39,098 nt of DNA from contig JBDRLB010000042.1 of NCBI GenBank assembly GCA_043813365.1, forward strand, positions 1 to 39,098, in the 5' to 3' direction. The stretch's first letter is position 1. Each line of letters starts with the position of its first letter. Below, piece by piece: positions 24,209-33,606 of the stretch. Below the pieces are notes generated by a model. The model worked only from the letters and a program-made list of their open reading frames with translations. It did not search any database and was not told the DNA's origin. This DNA is from Candidatus Micrarchaeota archaeon (lineage in GTDB: Archaea; Micrarchaeota; Micrarchaeia; Norongarragalinales; SBBD01). Position numbers and translations under genes: made by a program.

Positions 24209-25141
24209 TCAGATGCTGCCTGCGCCGAATATCACCAGGAATGCGAGGTAGCCGAGGGTAAGGAGCATGCCTGTCCTTTTGTCGATCCCCTTCCTCACCG
24301 CAACAAGGTATACGAGGACCATGTTGGCCATTACGGAGAAAATTAGCAGCTTGAGTGCAGGTGCGAATGAAATTGTGGGGTTGATCATCAGCGCGACCCC
24401 GAAGATCATCGTAAGGTTCACGATGGCGCTCCCAACTGCATTCCCAATCGCCATCTTCTCCTTTTTCTTCCTTACTGCAGCAATCGTCACCGACAGCTCC
24501 GGGAATGTCGTGCCCAATGAGATAATGGTGCCTCCTATCACGGTCTCGGCGATGCCTAAAATCTGGCTGAGCGCAATGGCATTGTCAACCACTATTTGCG
24601 CCATGAGCAGGACCACGGATATGAAGAAAAAGAATTTAGTGAGATGGGGAAGGAACATGCGCTTTGACGGCTCCTTCCTAGGCACTTCCTTGCGCTTGCC
24701 CTTTGAGAGCATCCAATAAACGTATGCGAGGAAGAAGATGAATAGCACGGCGCCCGTCAGCCTTCCCGGCTCATAAATGACGAAGAAAAGGGAAATGAGG
24801 CTTGTGGCAAGCAAAATCATCACGAGTTCGTTGATGTCCTTGCGCTTGATGCTCACTACTCCTAAGAACGCTGCAACGCCGAGGACCAATGTGACATCGG
24901 CAATATTGGCGCCGAAAACGTTTCCAACCGCAAGATCCGTGCCGCCCTTGAAAGCTGCGGTTGTGGAGATGACGAATTCCGGCAATGAGGTAGCGACCGA
25001 AAGAAGGATGAAGCCGATGGCCAAATCGCTGACGCCGAAAATCCTTGCCAACTCGGAGGCATGCTCGGTGCTCCTCTCAGCTGCTTTCAGCACTATCAGC
25101 ATTCCCCCAATGACGAAAAGAAACGGCATCAGCCACTCCAT
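24209..25141 (-). CDS. Na+/Ca2+ (CaCA, YrbG-like) antiporter
   Basis: SVATSLPEF...AVGNVFGANI and SLGTTFPEL...AIGNAVGSAI. Confidence 0.93.
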   Translation of the reverse strand: MEWLMPFLFVIGGMLIVLKAAERSTEHASELARIFGVSDLAIGFILLSVATSLPEFVISTTAAFKGGTDLAVGNVFGANIADVTLVLGVAAFLGVVSIKRKDINELVMILLATSLISLFFVIYEPGRLTGAVLFIFFLAYVYWMLSKGKRKEVPRKEPSKRMFLPHLTKFFFFISVVLLMAQIVVDNAIALSQILGIAETVIGGTIISLGTTFPELSVTIAAVRKKKEKMAIGNAVGSAIVNLTMIFGVALMINPTISFAPALKLLIFSVMANMVLVYLVAVRKGIDKRTGMLLTLGYLAFLVIFGAGSI

Positions 25142-25146
25142 GCATA

Positions 25147-26394
25147 TCACTTTTTGGAATATGTGTACGCCTTTTGCCCGGAGGCAAGTATCCTGGGTTT
25201 AGCGTCACGCTCGCTCGATTCAAACATATATACCCCTATTGTTGCGACTAGGTTGGTTAGCACGATTACCAGGAAAACGATTTCGGAAAAATAGTCGAGA
25301 TTCGCTATGCCTTGCCGGAAAGGCAGGAATGCAAGCACTGCAGCCGCAAGGCCACGGGGCATCATCGTAACCATCAGCATGTTCTGGCGCGGGTCAGTAA
25401 AGAGCTGCGAGAGCAGCTTGACGCCAAGGAACCTTGCCAGGCCTATCAGCAGTATGAGGAATGCGGCGACGATGATAATGGTCATCGTGACATTTGATAC
25501 GTTGATGATGAGCCCCAGATAGACGAAGAAGAAAGTGCGCACGAAAAACGATACTTCGATCTGGAATTGCCTGAGCTTGTCCTCGATCTTGAAATCGCCC
25601 TCTATCTTGAGGAGTTTTGCAAGCTCCTGCATGCTAGTAAGCAGTATTCCAAAAACCAGGACGGCAATCGCCCCGTTTCCCTGTATGGATTCCACGAATG
25701 CAAAAAGTATGAACAGGACAGCTATTGTCAGGAGGTAGCCAAATGATTTCCCATAGAACCTCTGCAGGATGGCAATCCAGCCGATGGCAAAAAGCAGTGC
25801 GATGAAGAACGCGATTGAAAACGCCGAAACGAGCCTGTTTCCCACAACTGCAAGGTTGACCGAATTGGAAAGTATTATTTCTATGAGCATGAGGGCGCTG
25901 ATCACGCAAAGCGCATCCGTCATCGCGGATTCCAGCGTCAATATGGTCTTGTTTTCCTCGCTCAGCCGGATTTTTGAAATGATGGAAATTACAACTGCGG
26001 AGGAACTGCCGCCCACCACTGCGCCTAGCAATAGGCCCTCTGCGAGCTGCCATCCCAGGAGGTATTTCATTGCAAACCCCACGAGGGTCATCGTCAGCAC
26101 GAAAACAAGCATGGTGAATGCGCTCGCTTTGCCCAGCTCTTTTACAACACGGAAAAGGTTCAGGTTTATCCCGCCGTCGAAAAGCAGGATGATAAGCGCC
26201 AGCGTCCCCACGAATGGGGCAAGCTGAAGCACAATTGAATCGGAACCCGTATCGACTATTTTAAAGACGGGCCCCAGCAAAACGCCTAGCAGTATGAGGA
26301 AGAGCACGTCGGGTATTTTCGTGCGCTCGAAAAAAAGCAGCGAGAAGAAGCCGATTATGATGATTGCGCCCATCAAGAAAAATTCCTGCACCAT
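25147..26394 (-). CDS. CPA1/NhaP-type cation:proton antiporter
   Basis: LIILLFDGG, LGAVVGGSSSAVV, LTLESAMTD, FFFVYLG, MMPRGLAAAVLA. Confidence 0.93.
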   Translation of the reverse strand: MVQEFFLMGAIIIIGFFSLLFFERTKIPDVLFLILLGVLLGPVFKIVDTGSDSIVLQLAPFVGTLALIILLFDGGINLNLFRVVKELGKASAFTMLVFVLTMTLVGFAMKYLLGWQLAEGLLLGAVVGGSSSAVVISIISKIRLSEENKTILTLESAMTDALCVISALMLIEIILSNSVNLAVVGNRLVSAFSIAFFIALLFAIGWIAILQRFYGKSFGYLLTIAVLFILFAFVESIQGNGAIAVLVFGILLTSMQELAKLLKIEGDFKIEDKLRQFQIEVSFFVRTFFFVYLGLIINVSNVTMTIIIVAAFLILLIGLARFLGVKLLSQLFTDPRQNMLMVTMMPRGLAAAVLAFLPFRQGIANLDYFSEIVFLVIVLTNLVATIGVYMFESSERDAKPRILASGQKAYTYSKK

Positions 26395-26593
26395 GTATAC
26401 CAACCCAACAGTTAGCCCAAATGATAATTAAAATCTTGCTATCTCGCGCCCGCGATTATCCGATGGCGGTTTCGCTGCTTTTCCATTTGTCCGTTCGGAT
26501 GCACTTGCCAAAAACCAATATTAAGTCCGGCGTCGCCAACGCGACAAAAAAGGCATATATTGCAGCTCGGGCATATAATATGGGGGAAGGAGC

Positions 26594-26848
26594 ATGGGGA
26601 TAATGGAAGCCTTGGAGGATTTCCTGGACATTCTTTTGGGAAGAAGGCGCAATAAAAGGGAAAAAAGGATACAGCAAAAAATGAGCGAGTATGATAAGGC
26701 CGCGGGTTATGCAAAAAATATGGGATTGGACGACATTGCAGGCCTGGCTGACCAGCGTAAGAGGGAATACCTTGAGGCCGAGGATCCGTCCAAAATGCAA
26801 CTGCGCACCGGCAAAAGGTACCCTTGGGGCAAAAAGGATTTTTGGTGA
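26594..26848 (+). CDS. hypothetical protein (84 aa)
   Basis: ORF preceded by GGAAGGAG; charged, helical-looking composition. Confidence 0.55.
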   Translation: MGIMEALEDFLDILLGRRRNKREKRIQQKMSEYDKAAGYAKNMGLDDIAGLADQRKREYLEAEDPSKMQLRTGKRYPWGKKDFW

Positions 26849-26875
26849 AACTCGGGCCTAAATGCCCAATAAAAC

Positions 26876-27268
26876 CTAAATTAGAACGGCGTTCACGACC
26901 CCATGCTGCGAGGGCCTGCTGGTTATTTTTGCCTTGCCAAGCTCCGTCTCAATTATTGCGCCTTTCGTGAGCACGTTTTCGGACGTATAATGGCGATTGT
27001 CGGGGCTTTCAACGACATTGACGATCTTAACCTTTTTGATGCTCTTGTTCTTCTGGACAACGTTGGCAAAGATGCCTGCCTTGAGCTTCACTTTCTTGTT
27101 CGCGCCCTTGCCGCGCTGCACTTCGCGCCTCTCCTGGTCGGATTCCTTTTCGAGCTTCGGCCTCGCGAAGAAGCCTCCGTAATTCGCGAGCGTCTTGTCC
27201 CTGGTGGAGCGCTTCTGCGCACCAGTACCGGAAGTCTTCGTTTTGAAAGACGCGTGATATTGTACCAT
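26876..27268 (-). CDS. rps8e: 30S ribosomal protein S8e
   Basis: SGTG..KR...[55 protein letters not shown]. Confidence 0.96.
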   Translation of the reverse strand: MVQYHASFKTKTSGTGAQKRSTRDKTLANYGGFFARPKLEKESDQERREVQRGKGANKKVKLKAGIFANVVQKNKSIKKVKIVNVVESPDNRHYTSENVLTKGAIIETELGKAKITSRPSQHGVVNAVLI

Positions 27269-27315
27269 ACACCGACACCTCAACAATTATAATATTCCAT
27301 CCCCCAAATGAACGC

Positions 27316-27789
27316 ATGCTTCACGCTTACGTACTGGAAACGGATAGGAAAAAAGAGGAAATAATTGGGCTCCTGAAGGATTATAAAGCCATTGCCGTGA
27401 GGCAGGAATTGGCCTTGTTGGAGGAATACGCCGCATATTGCCTCCTGAAGGCAAAGTCCGATTTCAAGTCGAATGCAAACGTCGCAAAGGAATTCAGGAT
27501 GGAGTGGATGTGCAGGCTTGCATGCACGAAAAATATCAACAAGGCGATCGATTTCTGCCAGATGGAAAGCGGCAAGGTGGGAATCCTGAGCGAGGAAGGC
27601 ATCCCGGAAGCGGTTCTGGAAAAAATCGGCAGGCCGGGGAAAAAATCTGGGAAAGGGCAAAAAGCCGTTTTGGATGAAAACACAGAGGGAAAAATCTGCT
27701 CGCTTTATTCAATTCCCAAAAACTCCCTCGCAAAATACGGCTTGCAGGGCCTTTTGAGGGAAAAAAGCGCGGTTTCGTTCCTCGAATAA
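27316..27789 (+). CDS. cgi121: KEOPS complex subunit Cgi121 (divergent)
   Basis: NVAKEFRMEWMCRLACTKNINKAI matches the Cgi121 pattern N-A--L--E----L----[Q/N]I--AI; C-terminal LYSI...LLREKSA. Confidence 0.7.
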   Translation: MLHAYVLETDRKKEEIIGLLKDYKAIAVRQELALLEEYAAYCLLKAKSDFKSNANVAKEFRMEWMCRLACTKNINKAIDFCQMESGKVGILSEEGIPEAVLEKIGRPGKKSGKGQKAVLDENTEGKICSLYSIPKNSLAKYGLQGLLREKSAVSFLE

Positions 27790-27863
27790 AAAAAATAGTT
27801 TATATTGATGTTACGAGGGAGTTTGCACAACCTATATATATTTTCCCTGAGTATAGGTTTGCT

Positions 27864-28427
27864 ATGCGCAAAGTCTCCGCTCGACCGAAAGGTCCGGATT
27901 TTGTCAGATACCTTCACGAGTTCGTGATGGATTCCATCGGCCAGAAAGGTCTGCAAGTCCTATTGTGCACCGGGGAAGGATGCACCGATGAGATCATTGA
28001 GCAGAAGACGAAATTGAAAATCGCCGAAATCCGCTCGATATTGAACCACCTCCACTCATACGGGTTTGTGGAGTACACCCGCGAGAAGAACATGCAGAAC
28101 GGATGGTTCACTTATACATGGAAGACCAATGCGGACCGCGCAATGCAGAATTTCCTGATGATCAAGAAGAAGGAGGCTGAAAGGCTCAGGTCTGATGCGG
28201 GGAATGGCGAGGGCGCCGTGTTTTACCGCTGCGGCAAGGGCTGCCTGAAGCTGATGTTTGATTCCGCGATGGAGCATAAGTTCAAGTGCCCCAGCTGCAC
28301 CAAGGACCTGAAATACGTGGACAACGAGCAGGAGCTGAAGAAGGCGGAAATGCGCATAAAAGCAATTGAGAAAATACTGGAGAGCCGCACAATAGAGGGC
28401 AACGGATTTGCAATTGGGCGTCGTTGA
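27864..28427 (+). CDS. tfe: transcription factor E (TFIIE alpha homolog)
   Basis: Winged helix TDEIIE..KLKIAEIRSILNHLHSYGFV, GWFTYTW, and Zn ribbon FYRC..C...FDSAMEHKFKCPSC..L.YVDN. Confidence 0.95.
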   Translation: MRKVSARPKGPDFVRYLHEFVMDSIGQKGLQVLLCTGEGCTDEIIEQKTKLKIAEIRSILNHLHSYGFVEYTREKNMQNGWFTYTWKTNADRAMQNFLMIKKKEAERLRSDAGNGEGAVFYRCGKGCLKLMFDSAMEHKFKCPSCTKDLKYVDNEQELKKAEMRIKAIEKILESRTIEGNGFAIGRR

Positions 28428-28428
28428 T

Positions 28429-28737
28429 ATGGCAACTCCTTTGGAAGTCCCAATGGCTTATGACCGGGAGGCAAAAAAATTCATTATCGGCAGGCATCCC
28501 GGATTGGCAGGCAAGCTGGAATCGGAAATGCTCTTTTCGCCACATGGAATGGGAACGTCCATCAACTTTCCGGGGGTGCTCCTTAAGGTACGCTTAACAA
28601 AATTCATTCCAGAATTGAAGAAAATCGCCGAACAAGCTGTTGGCGGCCGCATGTTAGATCATCGGGTCGAAATCGATGGCGGCAAGATAAGCGCCTATTT
28701 CCACAAATTGGGAGGAGAGAAAGGCTGCGAGCCCTGA
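28429..28737 (+). CDS. hypothetical protein (102 aa)
   Basis: ATG 1 nt after the tfe stop, suggesting translational coupling; no recognised family. Confidence 0.65.
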   Translation: MATPLEVPMAYDREAKKFIIGRHPGLAGKLESEMLFSPHGMGTSINFPGVLLKVRLTKFIPELKKIAEQAVGGRMLDHRVEIDGGKISAYFHKLGGEKGCEP

Positions 28738-28805
28738 CTGCATTGCTTCCAACTCTAACCACAGCGTTTATAACCGGAATATCGCATATTGTATCTCTTA
28801 TTCTT

Positions 28806-28911
28806 AGCGGGGTAGGGTAGCCAGGAGTGCCCGCTGGGCTCATAACCCGGAGAGGGACCAGCTTGCTGATCTCTCGGGGAAAGACCGGTGGTTCAAATCC
28901 ACCCCCCGCTA
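28806..28911 (+). tRNA. initiator tRNA-Met(CAT) with a 31-nt non-canonical intron (best fit 43/44, 28851-28881)
   Basis: AGCGGGG TA GGGT AGCCAGGAGT GCCC G CTGGG CT-CAT-AA CCCGG [intron] AGACC GGTGG TTCAAAT CCACC CCCCGCT A. The A1-U72 pair and three G-C anticodon-stem pairs mark it as initiator. TTTATAA box at 28767-28773. Confidence 0.93.
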
Positions 28912-28980
28912 TTTCTTTTTTTCCTATTTGACCGGGGTTCGATTATATTTAATTTATTTCCGATCGGGTTTACATCCGAT

Positions 28981-30465
28981 TTACTTAGCAGCAGGTATGC
29001 TGGAATATTCCGTGTCCATGCTGTAGCCGGGGCGGGAAGTGAAGCGCTTCTTGCCCTCGTTCTTCTCGCTCACGATTGTCTCATTCCCCACTATTTCCAG
29101 CTTCAGCATCGGGTCCTGTATTATCGCAACATCAACATCGTGCTCCGTCTGCAATATGAAGCCCTTGCCATTTTTGGGGAAATCGGGGAGCTGGCGCAAT
29201 ATCTCGTCCTTGAGCAGCAAGGGTTCAGGCTCGAATACAACAAGCACCGAATTCTGGGTGAACGGGCTCGATGTGATTGTCTTGAGGAGCGAGTTCATCA
29301 CAAGCCGCTTCACTTCATCCCTCTGCTTCGCGAGCGAAACATAAAGCACCTTGCCAAGGCCGTCCTTCCATGGAGAGGAAAGTTCCTCCGAAATGTTCTT
29401 GCCGAAAAGCATCGGGTTGGATTTTTGCAGCACTTCAATTACCCTGATCGCGCGGAGGATGGTGAATTTCGGGAATTCCTTTGTTTCCTTGAAATTCGTG
29501 AGCTCCACGATCAGGTCCCCCAGCACCGAGAGCTTGTCCTTCTTCTCCTCATACACCTTTTTGAATAAAGGCGCAGCATCGCATTTCTCCAGATTGAACG
29601 AGGATAGGAAAAGGTCCGCATCAATCATGCTCAGATCGACGAACAGGCTTTTTCCCAGGTCGTATTGCTTGAACGGGAAGCCGATCGGCGAGGATCTCAT
29701 GCCGAACTTTTCGAAATCCTCCTTTGATTTGTTCGGGAGCGCCAGGCCGGTGAATGCGCCGGAAGAATCAAATACGATGCATGGGATGCTGTTGAGCAGC
29801 GCATCCTCCATCAGAATGTGCATCAGATGGAGACGCTTCTCGCGGCTGTCACCAATAATGACGGTGGAGAACATGCTCTTGAGGTTGACTTCCACCTTCT
29901 GCTCGTCCCTATCGGTCCCAAGGAGCACTTTCGTAATGGTTGCCGCATGCCCATCGTGCATCTCCCTCACAAGCACTCCTTTCTTCGAGAAGGAAAGTAT
30001 CGCAAGCGGGTCACCCAGGAAGTTCTGCACCTCGTCTTCTGATGCGGTTTTCATGTCGCGCGCCTTCACATCGCCGGTGCTCTCAATGCCCTTTTTTGTG
30101 ATCTTCATCAGGGCGTCAAGCTCGTCATACTGCTTTGCGATTTCGTTCGAGAGCTCCGATTCGGAATAGGGCACGAAAGCGGGAGTGGAATCAAGCACCA
30201 GGTATTTGAAGCGGTTCTCGCGCATGATTTTTTCCATCAGGGTCATTTCGCGCTTCTGCGCTAGGCTGAATTTCGATGGGTCCCCGTCGATGACAAGCAC
30301 ACGCCTTTGCAGGACGAGCACGCCGAGTATCTCGTCGTCCTTCTTCTCGAACAGCGTGATCAGCAGTGCCTTGTCGGGGTTCTGGTAAACCTGCAGGGGA
30401 AAGTTCCCCCAAGTGGCGGATACGAATTTTTTCCACGGACCGTGGGCTAGATCTAGGTCTGCCAT
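28981..30465 (-). CDS. HerA/DUF87-like protein with degenerate Walker A
   Basis: LLGTD....V.VNL..MFSTVIIGDSREKRLHLMHILMEDALLNSIPCIVFDSSGAFTGLALPN matches the HerA/DUF87 N-terminal pattern, but GxxGxGK[S/T] is replaced. Confidence 0.7.
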   Translation of the reverse strand: MADLDLAHGPWKKFVSATWGNFPLQVYQNPDKALLITLFEKKDDEILGVLVLQRRVLVIDGDPSKFSLAQKREMTLMEKIMRENRFKYLVLDSTPAFVPYSESELSNEIAKQYDELDALMKITKKGIESTGDVKARDMKTASEDEVQNFLGDPLAILSFSKKGVLVREMHDGHAATITKVLLGTDRDEQKVEVNLKSMFSTVIIGDSREKRLHLMHILMEDALLNSIPCIVFDSSGAFTGLALPNKSKEDFEKFGMRSSPIGFPFKQYDLGKSLFVDLSMIDADLFLSSFNLEKCDAAPLFKKVYEEKKDKLSVLGDLIVELTNFKETKEFPKFTILRAIRVIEVLQKSNPMLFGKNISEELSSPWKDGLGKVLYVSLAKQRDEVKRLVMNSLLKTITSSPFTQNSVLVVFEPEPLLLKDEILRQLPDFPKNGKGFILQTEHDVDVAIIQDPMLKLEIVGNETIVSEKNEGKKRFTSRPGYSMDTEYSSIPAAK

Positions 30466-30643
30466 TTATGCATCTGTTATACTAACTATTGGGGCATTTA
30501 TAAGATTAACTTGCAATGGGGAGGAAAAAAAATTAATGTAAATGGGTGGGTCCCGCATATAATTGCAATTAGGATGAAAATCATTGGGAGTCAGAAAAAA
30601 TAAAGAAAAAAAAATTAAAAAGACGATTCAACCCGGAGCGAAC

Positions 30644-30796
30644 TTACATCTTCATCAAGCCCTTGCGCTTGACATAAGCCCACAGCTTCTTTGTCATCTC
30701 GGAAGGCGAAATTGGAGTGCCTCCGAACACGTCCTTCAAAGTGTCGTGTGCACCGCCGAATGCGATCTTCATTCCTCCGAATGCCTTTCTTGCCAT
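30644..30796 (-). CDS. 50-aa basic protein resembling the N-terminal half of a SWIB/MDM2 domain (below the ORF-track cutoff)
   Basis: MARKAFGGMKIAFGGAHDTLKDVFGGTPISPSEMTKKLWAYVKRKGLMKM*. RBS GGGGTGA at 30802-30808, TTTATTAA box at 30852-30859, T-tracts after the stop. Confidence 0.85.
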   Translation of the reverse strand: MARKAFGGMKIAFGGAHDTLKDVFGGTPISPSEMTKKLWAYVKRKGLMKM

Positions 30797-31002
30797 TGTT
30801 GTCACCCCTTTTCCCCTCGATTAAAGTTATAAAGTTACGAGGAAGCGGGGGTTAATAAAGGTTGCGCTTTTTACGACGTAAATACGAGGGAAAAAAGGGT
30901 TTATTAACTTTTTCGCATAAAAACCGCCCTCGTAAATGGCAAAATTGGCAATTCGCAAAGTTCCCACTGAACAATAAAAAAATTATTCCGGGTAGGCGGC
31001 AG

Positions 31003-32898
31003 CTACTTGAGCCTCATCGAATCAAGCACTTGTGGCGCCCTGCTCTCAACATGGAGCATCTTCCCTATGGTGCGGCTGAGGTCCTCGCATTTGCTTTCCT
31101 CGCCATGGAGGATGAAGAATTTGGAGGGGCGCGGCTTGATCGCCCTCGCAAAATTCACCAGCTGCATGCGGTCGGAGTGGCCGGAGAATCCATCAACGGT
31201 AGCTACCTTCAAATTGACCTTGAGCGAATCGAGCTTGTTGTTGTTGAGTATGGGAACCTCGCGGTCGCCGTTTAGCAATTTCCTTCCAAGGCTCATCGGC
31301 GCCTGGTACCCGACGAAAATCAGCGAATTCTTCGGGTCGTCCGCCATGAGTTTCAGGAACTCCACCGAAGGCCCGCCGGAAAGCATTCCAGAAGTTGCGA
31401 GGATGACAGCTGGCTCGGGGCTTTCCACAAGCGCCTTCCTGTCCATCCCAATTGCGCTCCTGAATATGGGCTTATCGAATGGTGAATCGTTCTGGAGGAT
31501 CCTGCGCTGAATGTCCCTGCGCAAATATTCGGGGTATACTGTATGGATTGCGGACGCCTCGCGTACCATGCCGTCGATGTAAACGGGAACGTCATCGTTG
31601 CGCAGGTATTTCTCGATGATCAGCATTATTTCCTGCGCCCTCCCGACTGCAAGAACCGGTATCAGCACTTTCCCCCTATTGGCAATTGTCTCGCGGATCA
31701 CGTTCACGAGCTTCTGCTCGGATTCTTCCAGCCTGGGCTTCACGTCAGCAGCAGCACCGTAAGTGCTTTCCATGAGGATTGAATCGACCCTTGGGAACCG
31801 TATGTCAGCAGAATCAAACAGGTTGGTGCGGCCGAATTTCACATCGCCGGTGTAAACAAGGTTGTGCAAACCGTCCCCGATATGCAGATGCACCATCGCG
31901 CTTCCCAGGATGTGGCCCGCATTGTGGAAGGTGAACCTGATTTTAGGGGTGATGTCCGTTACCTCCCCATATTTCCTTACAATTACATGGTTGAGCATCT
32001 TCTTGATGTCCTTCTCCGCGTATGGGGGGGTCTTCCCTTCCTGCTGCATCACGTTGATGCAATCCTGCTGCAGGAGCACCATCAGATCCCTTGTGGGGGG
32101 GGTGCAGTATGTGGGTCCATCATATCCGTATGCGTAAAGGTATGGGAGGAATCCCTGGTGGTCTATGTGCGCATGGGTGATGATGACCGCATCAATCTGG
32201 TCAAGCTGAAGGCCCATCGCATTCAGGTACGGGTATGCCTTGGTAGGGTCCGAAGTGTCGACGTTCAGCCCCACATCCATCAGGATGTTGCTGTTGTTCG
32301 TTTGCAGCAGGATGCAGCTCCTCCCTACTTCCTTGAAGCCTCCGAGTGCGGTGATTTTTACCCAGTCGGGATTCGCCTCGTCAAGCATCATCTTCTTCCC
32401 CAAAGTCACAAGGAACTTCTTGCGCTCCTCCGCATTGTTCAGCATGGATGCACGTATTGCCCGCTCTACCTCGGAAGGGGAGGTGGGCGCACGGAGCACC
32501 CGGGGGCTCCAGTTTGTTTCCATGATTATGCTCTTCAGCACAACTCCGTTCTTCCCGATGACAACCCCGGGCTTCATCGCCTCGATTATTACCTCATTGA
32601 ATGACGTGTCGAAGCGGATTTCAGTGATGCCTGCATCCTTTGGCACGAGCTGCTTCACTGCCTCAAGCGCCTTCTCCGGCGGCATTAAAACCGAGGAGTC
32701 GCTCCTAAGCAGCACCTTTTTCCTTATATGCGAGGCTATCCTCGTGATAAGGTTCTCGTCATTGCAGAAAGCCGCCATGCTCTTGAGGTAAAGCACAACC
32801 TGCGGCCCCTCGACCTCTATTTTGGAGAGCTCGCAGTCCTTGGGCAGGACCTCCTGCACCCTGTCCTGCAGTTCTTTCATATGATTATTGATCGCCAT
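31003..32898 (-). CDS. fttA: aCPSF1/FttA beta-CASP ribonuclease with N-terminal KH domains (transcription termination factor)
   Basis: IEVEGPQVVLY, KPGVVIGKNG, LGGFKEVGRSC, THAHIDH, AGHILGS, YTGD, MESTYG, AVGRAQE, GFSGHSD, HGE; adjacent to proteasome beta as in many archaea. Confidence 0.96.
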   Translation of the reverse strand: MAINNHMKELQDRVQEVLPKDCELSKIEVEGPQVVLYLKSMAAFCNDENLITRIASHIRKKVLLRSDSSVLMPPEKALEAVKQLVPKDAGITEIRFDTSFNEVIIEAMKPGVVIGKNGVVLKSIIMETNWSPRVLRAPTSPSEVERAIRASMLNNAEERKKFLVTLGKKMMLDEANPDWVKITALGGFKEVGRSCILLQTNNSNILMDVGLNVDTSDPTKAYPYLNAMGLQLDQIDAVIITHAHIDHQGFLPYLYAYGYDGPTYCTPPTRDLMVLLQQDCINVMQQEGKTPPYAEKDIKKMLNHVIVRKYGEVTDITPKIRFTFHNAGHILGSAMVHLHIGDGLHNLVYTGDVKFGRTNLFDSADIRFPRVDSILMESTYGAAADVKPRLEESEQKLVNVIRETIANRGKVLIPVLAVGRAQEIMLIIEKYLRNDDVPVYIDGMVREASAIHTVYPEYLRRDIQRRILQNDSPFDKPIFRSAIGMDRKALVESPEPAVILATSGMLSGGPSVEFLKLMADDPKNSLIFVGYQAPMSLGRKLLNGDREVPILNNNKLDSLKVNLKVATVDGFSGHSDRMQLVNFARAIKPRPSKFFILHGEESKCEDLSRTIGKMLHVESRAPQVLDSMRLK

Positions 32899-32979
32899 AA
32901 TTACACCTTTTGCCCCGACATGCATGGGAACTACTAGCCCAGAATGCCAGATAAAAAAAATCGGAAATTCAACTGCATT

Positions 32980-33606
32980 TCAACCATTCAGATATGTCTG
33001 CACCTGCTCTTTCGTGAGGCGCTTGACCTTGTCCGGTGTGATGAGTATGAGGTCGATCCCCTCCCCGGTTGCATTGTCCCGCTTCATTGCAGCTGCAACT
33101 GCCTTTAATGCGACCTTGACTGCCTCGTTTTCAGTTAAGTTTTCCTTGAACATTTCATCCAAAAGCCCGTATGCCACGACGCTGCCCGATCCGGTTGAGA
33201 CGTACTTCTCCTCCAGCAATCCGCCGAACGGGTCCAGATCGAAAAGCCGCGGTTTCTCATCGACTCCAGCGATTATCAGCTGCACCATGTACGGGAAATA
33301 TTTGTTGCCTTGAAGTATGTTTGCAAGGAGCGTCGATGCGCCCTGAACAGTCATGTTCTGGCCGTTTGTGTATTTGTAGAGCTCTATTTCCGCCTTGATG
33401 AATCTCACCAGCGCCTGCGCATCGCCGACCCCTCCTGCGATGCTCATTGCCATTTTTTCATCTATCATGTGGATCTTTTCAACTTCCTTTGCGGCAATGA
33501 ACGTGCCATAAGTTGCGCGCTTGTCAGCTGCAATGACGACTCCGTTCCCGAACGTGACGCCTACGGTAGTAGTGCCTTTCAAAATCTTCTTATCCTCATC
33601 AGACAT
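32980..33606 (-). CDS. psmB: 20S proteasome beta subunit
   Basis: Propeptide then G|TTTVG, AADKRAT, AGGVGDAQAL, STGSGS, A.KRDNATG. Confidence 0.97.
   Translation of the reverse strand: MSDEDKKILKGTTTVGVTFGNGVVIAADKRATYGTFIAAKEVEKIHMIDEKMAMSIAGGVGDAQALVRFIKAEIELYKYTNGQNMTVQGASTLLANILQGNKYFPYMVQLIIAGVDEKPRLFDLDPFGGLLEEKYVSTGSGSVVAYGLLDEMFKENLTENEAVKVALKAVAAAMKRDNATGEGIDLILITPDKVKRLTKEQVQTYLNG

Noticed and set aside
30936..30977. 13-codon ORF MAKLAIRKVPTEQ after the plus-strand TATA-like box
   Set aside because: Too short, with no supporting evidence.
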